Part shown: piece by piece, positions 13,217 to 24,495 of the stretch
How the letters are laid out: every line of letters begins with the position of its first letter
Position numbering within the stretch: position 1 is the first letter of the stretch
Source: Camelus dromedarius
Lineage: Eukaryota
NCBI RefSeq assembly: GCF_036321535.1
Contig: NC_087436.1
Span: 34,598,001 to 34,662,000, forward strand
Direction of reading: 5' to 3'
Length of the DNA stretch: 64,000 nucleotides
Made by a program: the position numbers and the translations under genes
The notes under the pieces: model-generated
Told to the model about the DNA's origin: nothing
Database searches by the model: none
The model's input: the letters and a program-made list of their open reading frames with translations, nothing else

Positions 13217-14246
13217 TATTAAGAAGTCTGTGGTTAGAATTTCTTTTTAAAATATATAATGTACTTTGTTACTGTGATGAATAATTCATCAATCACTGGG
13301 GTGTGTGTATGTATATTTAATGTAGAAGGTCATCATCTATTTTTAGAGGTACCTATCCTAACTCCACAGTGCTTCTGAATTCAATTTCTAGAAATACTAT
13401 AAGATGCCATTGTCCCTTGATGTGACAATTCAGTTTTAATCATTACTACACCTCCAGGTTCTTCCAATTAGTCTTAGGGCAAAATACTATCACTTAAATT
13501 TAATTTATAGTCATTTATATTTCATGTTCAGACCGTTCATTTAGAGAAATTGACATTGTGACTTAAGTGATGGGTGAGCACTGCTGAGAATCCCTGCCAC
13601 CTGAGTGTCTGGCCCGGAGGCTGTTGCCAGCGGTCCTCCTCAGCTGCGACATTTAATCTGTTAACCCATTAAAGTAAGAGAGACAGAGCATACGGTGGCT
13701 CTGTAGCGCCAACTACTTAATTATAAAGCAGTCACTCTGTTACAAAAGGTATTTGAAGAAACTGGGTGCTGGCTCAGGAATAAGGAAAAATGATAGTAAG
13801 GATGAAAGATAAAAATCATCTGTTTCTGTTTTCTTGGATAACACCAAAACAGGCAATGAAAAAAATGTGAAATTTCTTTTGATTGATAGTAAAGCTAAGT
13901 CTGCAATGGCAAATGTAGAGCAAATTTTATTTGACATTGCTAGAAAAGCCAGCAGACTGAAACTTCAGTTAGAAACTAGCTTGTTCATGTTATTTCTAGA
14001 GGAGTTATCATCTAATGTGTGCAATTGTTTTTGCAGAACACTGGAGGGTATGCTGCATGTGGCTGTGCAAATCTTGAGTCTGCTTTAAAACATGACCAAA
14101 CCTTGAAATAAAATAATGGTTAAATGTTAAGTTTTCCTCCACAAAAAGTAGTCATAGTGGAAAAATATATTTTTATCCTTATAATAAAATGATCATTTTT
14201 CCAGATAACAATTTACTTTCTATTTTACTCATCTTAGGGAGAGAAT

Positions 14247-14640
14247 ATTAGTGTGGCCATTTTGATAGTGTTGATTCTTTCAATCCAAGAGCACAAGAAA
14301 TCTTTCCATTTCTTTGTGTCATTTCACTTTTCAGAGAATAGGTAACCTCCTTGGTTAAGTTTATTTCTAGGAATTTTGTTGTTTTTGATGTAATGGAAAT
14401 GTTTATGCCAGTTAAGATAAAATTCTGGGTTTTGAAGTGAAAAAAAAAAAGTGAATGAAGGGCCGCGAATGGCAAAGTATCCTTCTTTTTATGGTGCGCC
14501 GTACTCCATCGCATGTATGCATGCTGCGTCTTCATTATCTAGTCAACTGTTGAAGTGCACTTAGGATGCTTCCATATCTTGGCCATTATAAATGATGTTG
14601 CTGTTAATAGAAAGGTGTATGTATCTTTTTGAATTAATTC
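14247..14640 (-). mobile_element. Two L1 fragments (ORF2 internal ~14247-14400; ORF2 end/3' region ~14461-14640) separated by ~60-bp filler
   Basis: ORF 14248..14535(-) contains L1 ORF2-like 'KFLEINLTKEV' and 'NGKISCALG'. Right piece aligns by eye to the L1 copies at ~2535-2700 and ~36408-36570. Confidence 0.8.
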
Positions 14641-14767
14641 TTATTTTGTGGTTGGCTTTATTCCTTTGATAACTATGTAAGTTTAAAAAGCTAAAGCTCT
14701 AAATGTTCTTAGAAACAATGAACAGTACATATATGTAAATTTAAAAATATATGTGCATTAAAAAAAA

Positions 14768-15268
14768 TGATCTGTCAAGCCATGGAAGACATAGAAGAAA
14801 CTTGAAAGACATTACTAAATGGAAGAAGCCAGTTTGAAAAGGCTACAAACTGTACAATTCCAACCAAATGACATTCTGGAAAAGGCACAGCTACAGAAAC
14901 AAGAAAAAGATCGTGGTTTCCAGGGGTTTGGGGTAGAGGGAGGGAGGGAAGGATGAATAGATGGAGCACAAGGGATTTTTAGGGCGATGAAATTATTCTG
15001 TATTGACACTGTAGTGGTGGCTACATGTCATTATGCATTTGTCAAAACCCATAGAATGTACAACATCAAGAGTGAACCCTAATGTAAACTATGGAATTTG
15101 GTTGTTAATGTGCCCCTGTTGGTTCATTGATTGTACCAAATATGCCACACTGATGAGGGATGTTGAGGGTAGGGGAGCATGTATGTGTGGGTGGGGAGGG
15201 CTAGGTGGGAACTCTATTTTCTGCTTGACTCTGCTGTAAACCTGAAACTGCCCTTAAAAAAAAAAATC
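14768..15268 (+). mobile_element. L1MC1/L1MC2-like 3' end
   Basis: 'caagccatggaagacatagaagaaact...gacattctggaaaaggca...caagagtgaaccctaatgtaaactatgga' plus A tail. Probable TSD ttaaaaatatat(g/a)t(g/a)cat at ~14741 and ~15271. Confidence 0.85.
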
Positions 15269-15973
15269 TATTAAAAATATATATACATAATCTTACCTTC
15301 AAATTCCATCTAATAAAAATGTTATTTATAGTTAACTTAGCCCTTTTGAAATACAAGGTGCTTTAAGTACTTAACATTAATTTATTTCAAGATACAATTT
15401 CATAAAAGCAAAATTACATTATTCTTTTGATTTGATGACACTGATAAAGATTTGTGGGAATATCTTAGTAACTTGTTCAGAAAAAAACATCTGCAAGCTG
15501 CTGAAGGAATAAAGTAAGTATAACATTTACTTTATATATACAAACCAATGTATACTATATCTTGCTAAAAGATAATGTAAGAACTATTGTAGTAATTCCA
15601 ATTTTAACCTTTGGCTCAACAATTCATTTATTTATTCAGCTACAAATCGAACTAACATCTACTTAGTGCCAAGTTGTGCTGTGTTTGGTCCACACCCATG
15701 AGAATATAAGCATTAAATTAAATATCTTTCCATTGACTAAAGTGGAAAACCCAAACAGGCGACTGAAAATAAGCTAACAAGGAAATTTAATAATCTCACT
15801 TTTAAGGGTATCTCTGACTAATAGCAAGCCCATAAATTAATTACACTAAAAATCATATTTAAGATGATCTTATTTATTTATTTATATAGGATAAAAATAC
15901 TTTATTATTTAAACCAGAACCTAATCTTATTTTGAAATCTCTATTTTATTTTCAATAAAACAGCATTCAACTA

Positions 15974-16486
15974 TGCCAACTAAACCTTGGCACTTGCCAT
16001 CTGCCTTCCTCAAGGATTGAATTACGTTGGCACACGCCAAATACCTCTGCTTGGATTAAATCACAAGCCACTGCCGCCACTGACTTCCAGAACTCCCTGA
16101 GAGGAGTTCAGGGTGGAGATCAGGAATGAGACACTCTGTGCTCTGGGAAAACTGGCAGAACAGGACCTCAGATAATTAGATATTTTCTGGAGAAGATTTT
16201 ATGAGCCCAAATTCTTGAGTCTCCTCATATCTAGAAAAACCACTAAAATCATTAAAAGTGACATCTGCTCCTTGTGACTAGAAGCAAGCCTCTGCCTAAA
16301 TGTGTGCTTGACTGTATGAAACCCTCCTTCACTAAAATTATATATAATACTGACCTTCCCCCTGCCTCTTCGGAGCAGTTCCTCAGAGCTTTCTGAGATG
16401 CCGTCTTCTGGGCTATTGTCCTCATTCTGCCCCAAACAAAACTTAATCCAGAACTCTCACATTGTGTGGTTTTATTTCAGCTGACA
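15974..16486 (+). mobile_element. Solo ERV1-class LTR
   Basis: TG...CA ends (tgccaact...agctgaca), 513 bp, flanks acta/atta (4-bp TSD, 1 mismatch), TATA-like 'tatataa' at ~16341. Confidence 0.8.
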
Positions 16487-16858
16487 ATTAAATCACACTT
16501 AGTAATTTTCACTTTGCTATAAGGGTGAAGATTCTGTGTACTCCTATCCTTCGTGGGATGCTATCTCAAGAACTAAATTGGTCAAAACTAGTTACAGAAT
16601 AAATCTGATGACTCATAAAGTAGCATGGTTTTATTTTTTTTTAAGCATCATAAGACAAATTGTGGTCACTAAGAATTCTCCTGGGTATTATTATTTTTGT
16701 CTTTCATATTCTCACATTTGATTTTCAAAATAGTTTTACTTTTTCTTGAAGAGTTCCTGCAGCTCTTTGAAATCCCCAGGAAGTACATATCTGTTTAGTC
16801 TAATGGAAAAGAAAAGGAAAATCTGAAAGCATTCCAGTTTGGCCTTTCCTTGCAAAGC

Positions 16859-16931
16859 TGCCAATTAAATTATGTTGGCATGTGCCAACTACATCTGCTT
16901 GGATTAAATCATGAGCTGCTGCAGCCGCTGA
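16859..16931 (+). mobile_element. 5' fragment of a related ERV1 LTR
   Basis: Aligns to ~16017-16083 (shared 'tctgcttggattaaatca'). Confidence 0.75.
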
Positions 16932-17242
16932 TATCAATAATAGAATGTTCATATCAATAATAATAATAACAACATATTTTTACTTTATTTAAGTCTAAAT
17001 AGATGGATAATTTCAGGTAAACTGTAATACTGTTATAATTGGCTTAATTTTTAATTGATTCTATTACTTTTATCTAAAGACCTGTTAGGTACATTTTCTT
17101 ATACATGCCAATTCGTAAGTCTTGGCAGGAATTCCCCTTTATGTATTATATTTGTAAATCAGTCAGCTATTAAATTAATAACAATTGATTGCTAACAAAC
17201 AATTAATATAGACAAATAAGAAAACTAGAGAATCTCTGACCT

Positions 17243-18434
17243 GTAAACAGTTCACATAAACCCACTATTATTAATTCCTTGCAAGTTAATTTTATTGGCG
17301 TAAAGTAGGAAACATTTTTTGACAGTTGATAAATTATGCTTCCATTTTTTCTGCACTCTTCCCTCTTCCCATCTGACCTAGTTTTCTTCCAAATAATTTG
17401 GTATTCTCTACCTCCCATAACCCCAGTTTATTCAGAAGTACCGTCTTCTGAATTGTGCAGGTGGTGGTCATGCCCAGGGGGTGGTGTAGGCCCTGGGAGG
17501 ACATGGAGAATGTGTCAGTGTGGGGCCAGGGCGGCAAACAGAATGGCTGACACTGGAAGTAAACACCAAAATGACATTAACCTGATTAGCTCTGTTAATA
17601 AAATCTTATTGGGGTAAAAAGCTTCTCTAATGGCAATAAAATTCAAGAATATATATTGTTTCCAGTATCTAACTGAATTACAAAACTGTCAATAAAAAAA
17701 AAAAAGAGAGAGTGTCGACCAAACATTGATTGAATAACCCCATTTTATGTTCAAAACAAGGGCCAAGTTATTGTAATGTGTTTATCAAAGACAGCCAAAA
17801 TGAATGGGAGAACCAGAGACCATATTTCAATGTGGTTAACGTTATCGTCCAGCCGTAGCTCATCTGGGAGTAAACAGTAAATCTAAAAGCTCATCAAATG
17901 TAGTTCCTGGAAGAAACACAACTGGGCCTTTGTGTTTGCAGTGAGGATGTGATGCTGTAAACAATAACCTGGATGACTCTCAAGCTGAGAAGACAGCATG
18001 TAGAACTCAGCATTTGTGCTAACAAGTTAACACAGCGCTTCAGGACACAGACGCGCACCACATGATTTGGTCGTCAATTGGCCGCTTGGCAAGGAAGGGC
18101 CAAACTGGAATGCTTTCACATTTTCCTTTTCTTCTCTGTTGGACTAAACAGATATGCACTAGAAGTAATTTAGGAGGGAATGGCATAATAAAACAGCAGA
18201 TATGTGCATTGATTTCTCAGGTAAACATCCATAATTGGTCAAGGGTATTTACAACAAGAAGTCACTTCCCATTCAGTCTCAATGTCTACTTCAATTGGAC
18301 GATCAAAGCTCACTCCATGGGCCTGCTGACACCGGGTCCAAACACAATTGTCCTTCCCAAGGTTTATAGAGGCTTGCCAAGCTGTGTGAGACCACGTTTT
18401 ATGGCAGTAATTACTTTCTTTTTGGTTGTAAACA
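17243..18434. promoter_or_regulatory. Candidate enhancer: homotypic forkhead motif cluster
   Basis: GTAAACA at 17243, 17559, 17870, 17957, 18221, 18428; ATCAAAG (TCF/LEF) at 17784 and 18302; TTCCTGGAA (STAT/GAS) at 17904; no recognisable repeat. Function is inferred only. Confidence 0.4.
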
Positions 18435-20495
18435 ACGGAACCTGTAAGAGTACTTACAAAATTCTGTTCCCCACAACCCTGCAAATAGCCAGCTGGGTAG
18501 TTATTCCACAGTGGGCCTTTCCGCTTGATAGTAGTCAGCTAGCTGTTGTGCACATGCTACAGCTTTGCATTCCGCAGTCACACAGCAAGCTAGTACAGCC
18601 GCAGTTTTCTGAATTCAAAACTCTATGTCCTGTGTGAGGTTTTTTATTTTTGTCTTATATTCTAGTCGGTGGTAGTTAAATGGCTGTGATCAGTTTAAAC
18701 AATTGACAATCAGTTGACAATCACACCATCTATGTTGAAGTTAGAATCCTGTGAAAAGTTACTTTTCCAACTTCTGATGGAGGGGAAGAAAGTAAAATTA
18801 GAAGGTGTAACTGCTGCAAAACCCATATAAGTCAAATTGTTAGTATAAATGTCACCTAGACAAAACAAAAAGGATTTTCTGTTAAGTTTAAACAATGAAT
18901 CCTACTTTTCCCAATGCTAGAGTCATTTCGAATGAATGGAAGAGAGAGAGTTACTCTTCTTTCCCATAGAAGCCCATTGAGTCAAGCAATGAGACAGGTT
19001 GTATTTAATCACTGACTTTAAGAATCCAAAAAAGAGAATGTAATGCTTTACCATCCAGGAGACTTAGTCACTCAAGAATGAAGTTGAATAGTTTCATTTT
19101 TCCATATCAGTGCACCACAATTTCAGCAATAACACAAAACATTTGTCATGTCTTGGCTTCCCTCCAGTTACCTGCCCCAAAGCCAACAGGACAAAGCCTT
19201 TTCCATCTCTTACTTCATTACTCAGTGTGTATAATTCTGTGATTCCCAATAGAGGGGCGTTTTCAAGGGAACAATCATGCCCTGTGGATCTTTGATCCTT
19301 ACAACCCCTAGACCAACGCTTTGAACATAGAAGATACTCAGTGAATGGATGTTATTATGTAAATTAAACTTGACAAAGCATGGCAAATCAGATTACCTAA
19401 AAATACATAATACAGATAAAGATATGAAAAGCTGTAGCATCATTTTCTAATCATGCAGTTTTGCATTGTTTTATAAGTACTGAACCTGGAAAGAAAAAAT
19501 TTATTGACTTGGCCATTCATCCTCAACTTCCCACAAGTTACTGAGGCATAATAAATAAGCTTTTAATAACAGAAAAGCTCAGAAATAGAAATAAGTAAAA
19601 CATTTCACTCTGTCTTTGTACATAGGTTAAAAGATCCATCTTGAAAAATCATGTGGTTAACATATAAAATACCTGATATGTAATAGTCATTTTTCATGAT
19701 TGAGAAATAATATTAATTTTATGTTCTTCCTTTACTTTCTCAAAGGTGTTTATTTTAGATTGTTCCTTTAGGAAAAAAAAAATCACTTTTGAAGCCCAAA
19801 GAGAATTATCCAAAGGCTATCCCTGTTCAATGACTGTGGAGATACGGTAGTTTATTTTCATTAGTTACACAAATTTGTGCAACATCTGTTTTGGAATTCT
19901 CATTTAAGCAGCATTAAATTACAAATCAGGTATGTATGTTATTGGCAAAAGACTCCCTTCAGAATTTTATCTAGTAGGTGGTGAATATGGCTTTGTTTAT
20001 TTCAGAAAAACTATTGAGGTATAAATAAATTCACTATGCACACTTTTGTGGACAAAAATTAGCAAGAAATTTCAGAAATAATTTAAAACCTATATTTCTT
20101 CAGTCATTAAGCATCAGTTGAGAATCTGTTATGTGAATAGGACTATTCTAAATGCACACCTGGGCTACACAGAAATTTTCTAAGGGTTATCTAGGCTTAG
20201 AGAGTTTTACAGAAATGAATTTCTAGATCTTCAGTTTTTTATGTGGCTTATCCTAAACTGTATCAGACTAGAAAACTACCTGTGATGGATACATGTGTCA
20301 CTTTGCAATTGTTCATTTCTTACTTACTAAAAGAAAGCTGTGATTCACATGCATCTTGAATCTTCCCAGAATGCACTGCCTCAATGTAAACAGATCAAAA
20401 GTGCACTTTGAAATATTGGAGTCAGTGTGAGAAATTACATTTCTGAAATACTGGGAAATGAAGTCCCTGTGAATCAGGAAATTTACAGTCTGACA

Positions 20496-20636
20496 GTTAC
20501 TGATGGTATGGTCTTTAGACAAGACCCCATAGGTATCACTTGGGAACTTGTTAGAAATGCAAAAATCTCAGGCCCTGTCTGTGAATTTCAAGGCCCCCAG
20601 ATGATTCCTCTGCACATTAAAGTTTGAGATACACTG
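20496..20636 (+). mobile_element. MER5A-like hAT-Charlie MITE
   Basis: 'atcacttgggaacttgttagaaatgcaaaaatctcaggccc...gatgattcctctgcacattaaagtttgagatacactg'. Confidence 0.85.
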
Positions 20637-20708
20637 TTTTACAATTTTTGCTTATTTTTAATGAGAAGGAAAGATTAGCTGTCAGTTCATCATTAGAACT
20701 TATTTTTT

Positions 20709-21393
20709 GGAGATTCCTTGAAAAACTAAAAACAGATTTACCATATGATCCAGCAATCCCACTCCTGGGCATATATCCTGAGGGAACTCTAATTTGAAAC
20801 GATACATGCACCCCAATATTCACAGCAGCACAATTTACAAGAACCAAGACATGGAAGCAACCTAAATGTCCATTGGCAGACAATTGGGTTAAAAAGTTGT
20901 GGTATACATACATACATACATACATACATACACACAGACAATGGAATACTACTCAGCCATAAAAAGGAATAAATTTTTTTGCCATTTGCAGTAACGTGAA
21001 TGGACCCTGAGACAGTCATACTAAGTCAGAAGGAGAAAGACAAATACCATATGATATCACCAATATGTGGAATCTAAAAAAAAAGAGACAAATGAACTTA
21101 TTTACAAAATAGAAACAGACTCACAGACATAGAAAACAAACTTATGGTTACCAAAGGGGAAAAGGGGAGGAGAGGGATAAATTAGGGGTTTGGGATTAGC
21201 AGATACAAACTACTACATATGAAATAGATAAAACAACAAGGTTGTACTGTATAGCACAGGGAAATATTTTCAATACCTTGTAATGACCTATAATGAAAAC
21301 GAATATGTGTATATATACATATATGACTGAACCACTATGCTGCACACCAGAAACACAACTTTGTAAATCAACTATATTTCAATTTCTTCAAAA
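20709..21393 (+). mobile_element. 5'-truncated L1 3' end with internal (TACA)n
   Basis: 'ccatatgatccagcaatcccactcctgggcatatatcc', 'caatggaatactactcagccataaaaagg', 3' UTR 'gtactgtatagcacagggaa'. Probable degraded TSD aa(c/g)ttattttt. Confidence 0.93.
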
Positions 21394-22129
21394 AGTTATT
21401 TTTGAGGGAGGATATTAGATTATTAAATGATTTTTGTCACATAACATAGAATTTTAAAAATCATTAAAATTAATATCTTTTGCAATTTGCATTATAATGA
21501 AAAGGTTTTAATTTTCAACAAATTATGACAAATTTTAATTGTAAAATTTAATCGTAACAAATGTGAGGAGGCATATTATTTTTCAAAGTCATTTAGGGAC
21601 TATATGAGCAAAAACTGTGAAGACAATAGCTCTAAACTAGCTTCCCCATTGCCATAAAAGGGCTTCTCTAGGACCCTTATACAAGAAAAGAGACATCATG
21701 AGGATGATGCCTGAGAAACAGATCCTGGAAACAGAGGAAGGGGAAGGGATGTTTCATATCAAGTGGTAATTAGTTGACAATGTTATTCTCAATCCACATC
21801 TACATGGCAAAAATATATAGTTTTTTTTTTTTTTTAACATAAATAGACCTGGGTCTCATATCCACATTTCTGAAAATAGATCTAATGTGGGGACACCAGC
21901 GTCTGTATTTCTAAATATCTTTCAAATGGTCCTGCTGGACAGTGGAGAGGGTCATGATTTCCCTGGATCTCTTTCTGCTCTCATCTGGTGTGTTGGAAAT
22001 GTGGCCCGGCCTAATAGGAGCTTCCTGCCAGAACGGAGACTCTTTTTTGGTGTAATTCAACTAAGGTAGATCTCATTATTTCTACCTAGGTCTCTGCCTA
22101 TCTGTCTTCTAGGTGCTACAGAAAGAGAG

Positions 22130-22450
22130 TCAAGGACTTTTTGGCTTGATCAGTAGGAAGGATGGACTTACCTATAACTGTACAGGTGGACCAGGTTTCG
22201 GGAATTTTGGGGAGGACAGACAAAGGAGTTTTGGAAATAGTGAGGTGGTTACTGAACGTGCAGGTGGAGATGTTGAGTTGGATATGTCAGCGGGATATAT
22301 CAGCTTAAATTGCCGTTATTTATAAAGATATGAATTTGAGAGTCCTCTACATATATCTGGTTTTTAGTTTAAGATCTGGATGAGGGTTCCAAGGAAGTGA
22401 GTGTAGACAGAGAAGAGAACAGATCTTAAGACCTGGTTGTGGATCACTCT
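22130..22450 (-). mobile_element. L2 fragment
   Basis: 'gagtcaaggactttttggcttga', 'ggtggagatgttgagttggatatg', 'aaggaagtgagtgtagacagagaagagaa'. Confidence 0.65.
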
Positions 22451-22723
22451 GGCAACTTGCCGAATTCAGTCATTAAGCTTTTGTTCTCATCTTAGCAAAC
22501 CTTTCAGGAACATTTTAAGTTGATGGTCTATTTTCTCTGTGTCTTATCTCCTAAAATACTTTTTTCTTTTATATTTTTAAAAACTCATTTGTCTGATTTT
22601 CCTTCTCCCTCACTGTAATTTCTTTGATGTCTCCATCAAAGAAATTGCGTTTAAGTGGACAGTGGACTGTAGGGCCAGATTTTTTTTTACTCTGTCTCTG
22701 TATTTGTCTCCCTCTCCTTCTGT

Positions 22724-22727
<4 letters not shown>

Positions 22728-22766
<39 letters not shown>
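22728..22766. repeat. (AC)19 microsatellite
   Basis: Seen directly. Confidence 0.97.
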
Positions 22767-22770
<4 letters not shown>

Positions 22771-22784
22771 TGGTAGGTAACTGC

Positions 22785-23010
22785 TTAGGTTCATTGACCA
22801 TTTTCAACAAATATTTGTTGAACACATTGTGAATCCACAACTGTTCTAAGATCTGAAATACTGCACAATAGGCAAAGCCAACAAAACCCCACCCCTAAAG
22901 AAGCTTATTCTAATATAGAAGAAAGATAACAAAGACTATTAATAAAGTACTTACTTTATTTTTAATATCTCAAGTGGTGATAAGACCAATTGAAAAAAAT
23001 AAGGACACAG
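22785..23010 (-). mobile_element. L2 3' end fragment
   Basis: 'ttcaacaaatatttgttgaacac...aagcttattcta' typical of the L2 terminus in reverse. Confidence 0.6.
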
Positions 23011-23019
23011 AAGACCTTA

Positions 23020-23770
23020 CACAATCTCAAAGCTTATAATAATCAGAGCCATGAACTGAAACATATCAAATATATAAAAATCTATACTAAAACACCCCCT
23101 GATTGACTAAATTCAGAGGTGGCTAGGGCAATCACTTATTAGAAAAATTGATGAACAAAAGTAAAAAAGTAATTATTATTTTGCCTTTTCTGTACAAACT
23201 GTATTTCAGGGAAACCAAATACATGATGAGTAAAAAAAAAAAAAAGAAGTATTCTTATAGAAGAGTTCCAGCTTATAAATGCCAAAGAAATGATCTAACT
23301 AGAAAATTACTATTTTGCAGCAAAGAATCTGGAAAATGACCACAATGCTAAAGAAACTGGGTGAAAGGTTGATAATTTTATAATGGGTTATTCAAGCTGA
23401 CAACACCTGAACAAAACAACCGATTTAACATTGTTATACATCTCCTGATGTCACAGAGGAAGTACACAGAATTGCCTAGGAAGTAGTCTTGCCAAAATAA
23501 TTGAATCAGAATCCAGTCAAGCCTCTAGACATAGAAAGCAATTTATAGAAAATACGGGAGATAGAGAAACATAAAGACACTACAAGCATATACTCAGCTA
23601 AATCAATAAGGTGGATCCTTATTAAGATCCTGGATAAATAAACCAACTGTAGAAAGATATTTTGGAGGCAAATTGGGAACTTTGATTATTTCCTTGGCGC
23701 TGTGTTATTCTAAGAAATTATCACTAAGTCTGTTAGGTGTGATAGGTTACTATGGTCATTTTTTCAAGTA
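23020..23770 (+). mobile_element. L1MC4/L1MC5-like 3' region
   Basis: 'tgaaacatatcaaatat', 'ggaaaccaaata', 'tatagaagagttccagc', 'gaagtagtcttgccaaaa', 'tcaagcctctaga'. Confidence 0.75.
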
Positions 23771-24094
23771 TCCATAATACAGTTCAAAAATGCTTCACTA
23801 GTCTTTGCCATCTTGTTTCTTTTCAATGCCAATGTTTTTACATGGAGATAGTTTAAAGCAAATACCGGCTATCACAATTTAAATGTTAAAAAATAATTCT
23901 ATGTGTACTTCTAAGGGAGAAGACCTTTTTTGTTGTTGTCATTATTGTATTTCTGAAGTCTTAGAAAAAGAGTAGAACTTTAACAAAAAGGGATTTTCCT
24001 TCATACTACTATCATTTTATAGACACATACCTGAGTTCTCTAGTCACCGTACACAGGTCTGGGACTGCCCTGAGGGATGGTGTTGAATCCAGCA

Positions 24095-24495
24095 TGCGAG
24101 GCAGTGTCAAAAACAGCCTCCGATTATCCCACCTCCTGGCATTTGTGGTTACAAAAACGGTAGAAATGATGATGTGTCACTTCTGAGATCAGATTATCAA
24201 AGACTGTGGCTTCCATCTTGGGTCCCTTGGCTTTCTCTTACTCTCTTGGAGTTCTTTCTTCTGGAGAGAGCCAACTGCCGTGACATAAAGCAGCCCTACA
24301 GAGAGAACCACGTGAGTAAGGTTGGAAGTAGATCTTCCAAGATCTGCCAAAAGTTCTGTGATGAATTCTGAAGCAGATTCTCGCCATTTGGACCTACAGA
24401 TGACAGCAGTGCCATCCAACTGTCTGATTGCTCCTCTGTGAGAGACACCCCCTAAGGAGGAGCCATCCAGCTGCATCACTCTAAGATCCCTAGGT
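24095..24495 (+). mobile_element. MaLR MLT1 (E/F-like) LTR
   Basis: 'cccacctcctggcatt...gtgtcacttctgagatcagattatcaaagactgtggcttccatcttg...gcagccctacagagag...cagatgacagcag'. Confidence 0.75.

Larger units (their letters stand above)
20150..21632. mobile_element. Old hAT-Charlie-like element interrupted by MER5A and L1
   Basis: Right end 'agggactatatgagcaaaaactgtgaagacaatag' resembles Charlie4/MER113-type termini; left part is similarly Charlie-like but degraded. Confidence 0.45.

Noticed and set aside
15392..15513. Exon-like stretch ending in gtaagt (FDDTDKDLWEYLSNLFRKKHLQAAEGI)
   Set aside because: In-frame TGA after the only plausible acceptor, no recognised homology, no partner exons.
18239..18895. 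Minus-strand ORFs with acceptor-like sites; 'FNIDGV' also occurs at ~62880 (+)
   Set aside because: No recognisable protein or donor sites, and the DNA similarity is only ~17 bp with mismatches, consistent with chance.
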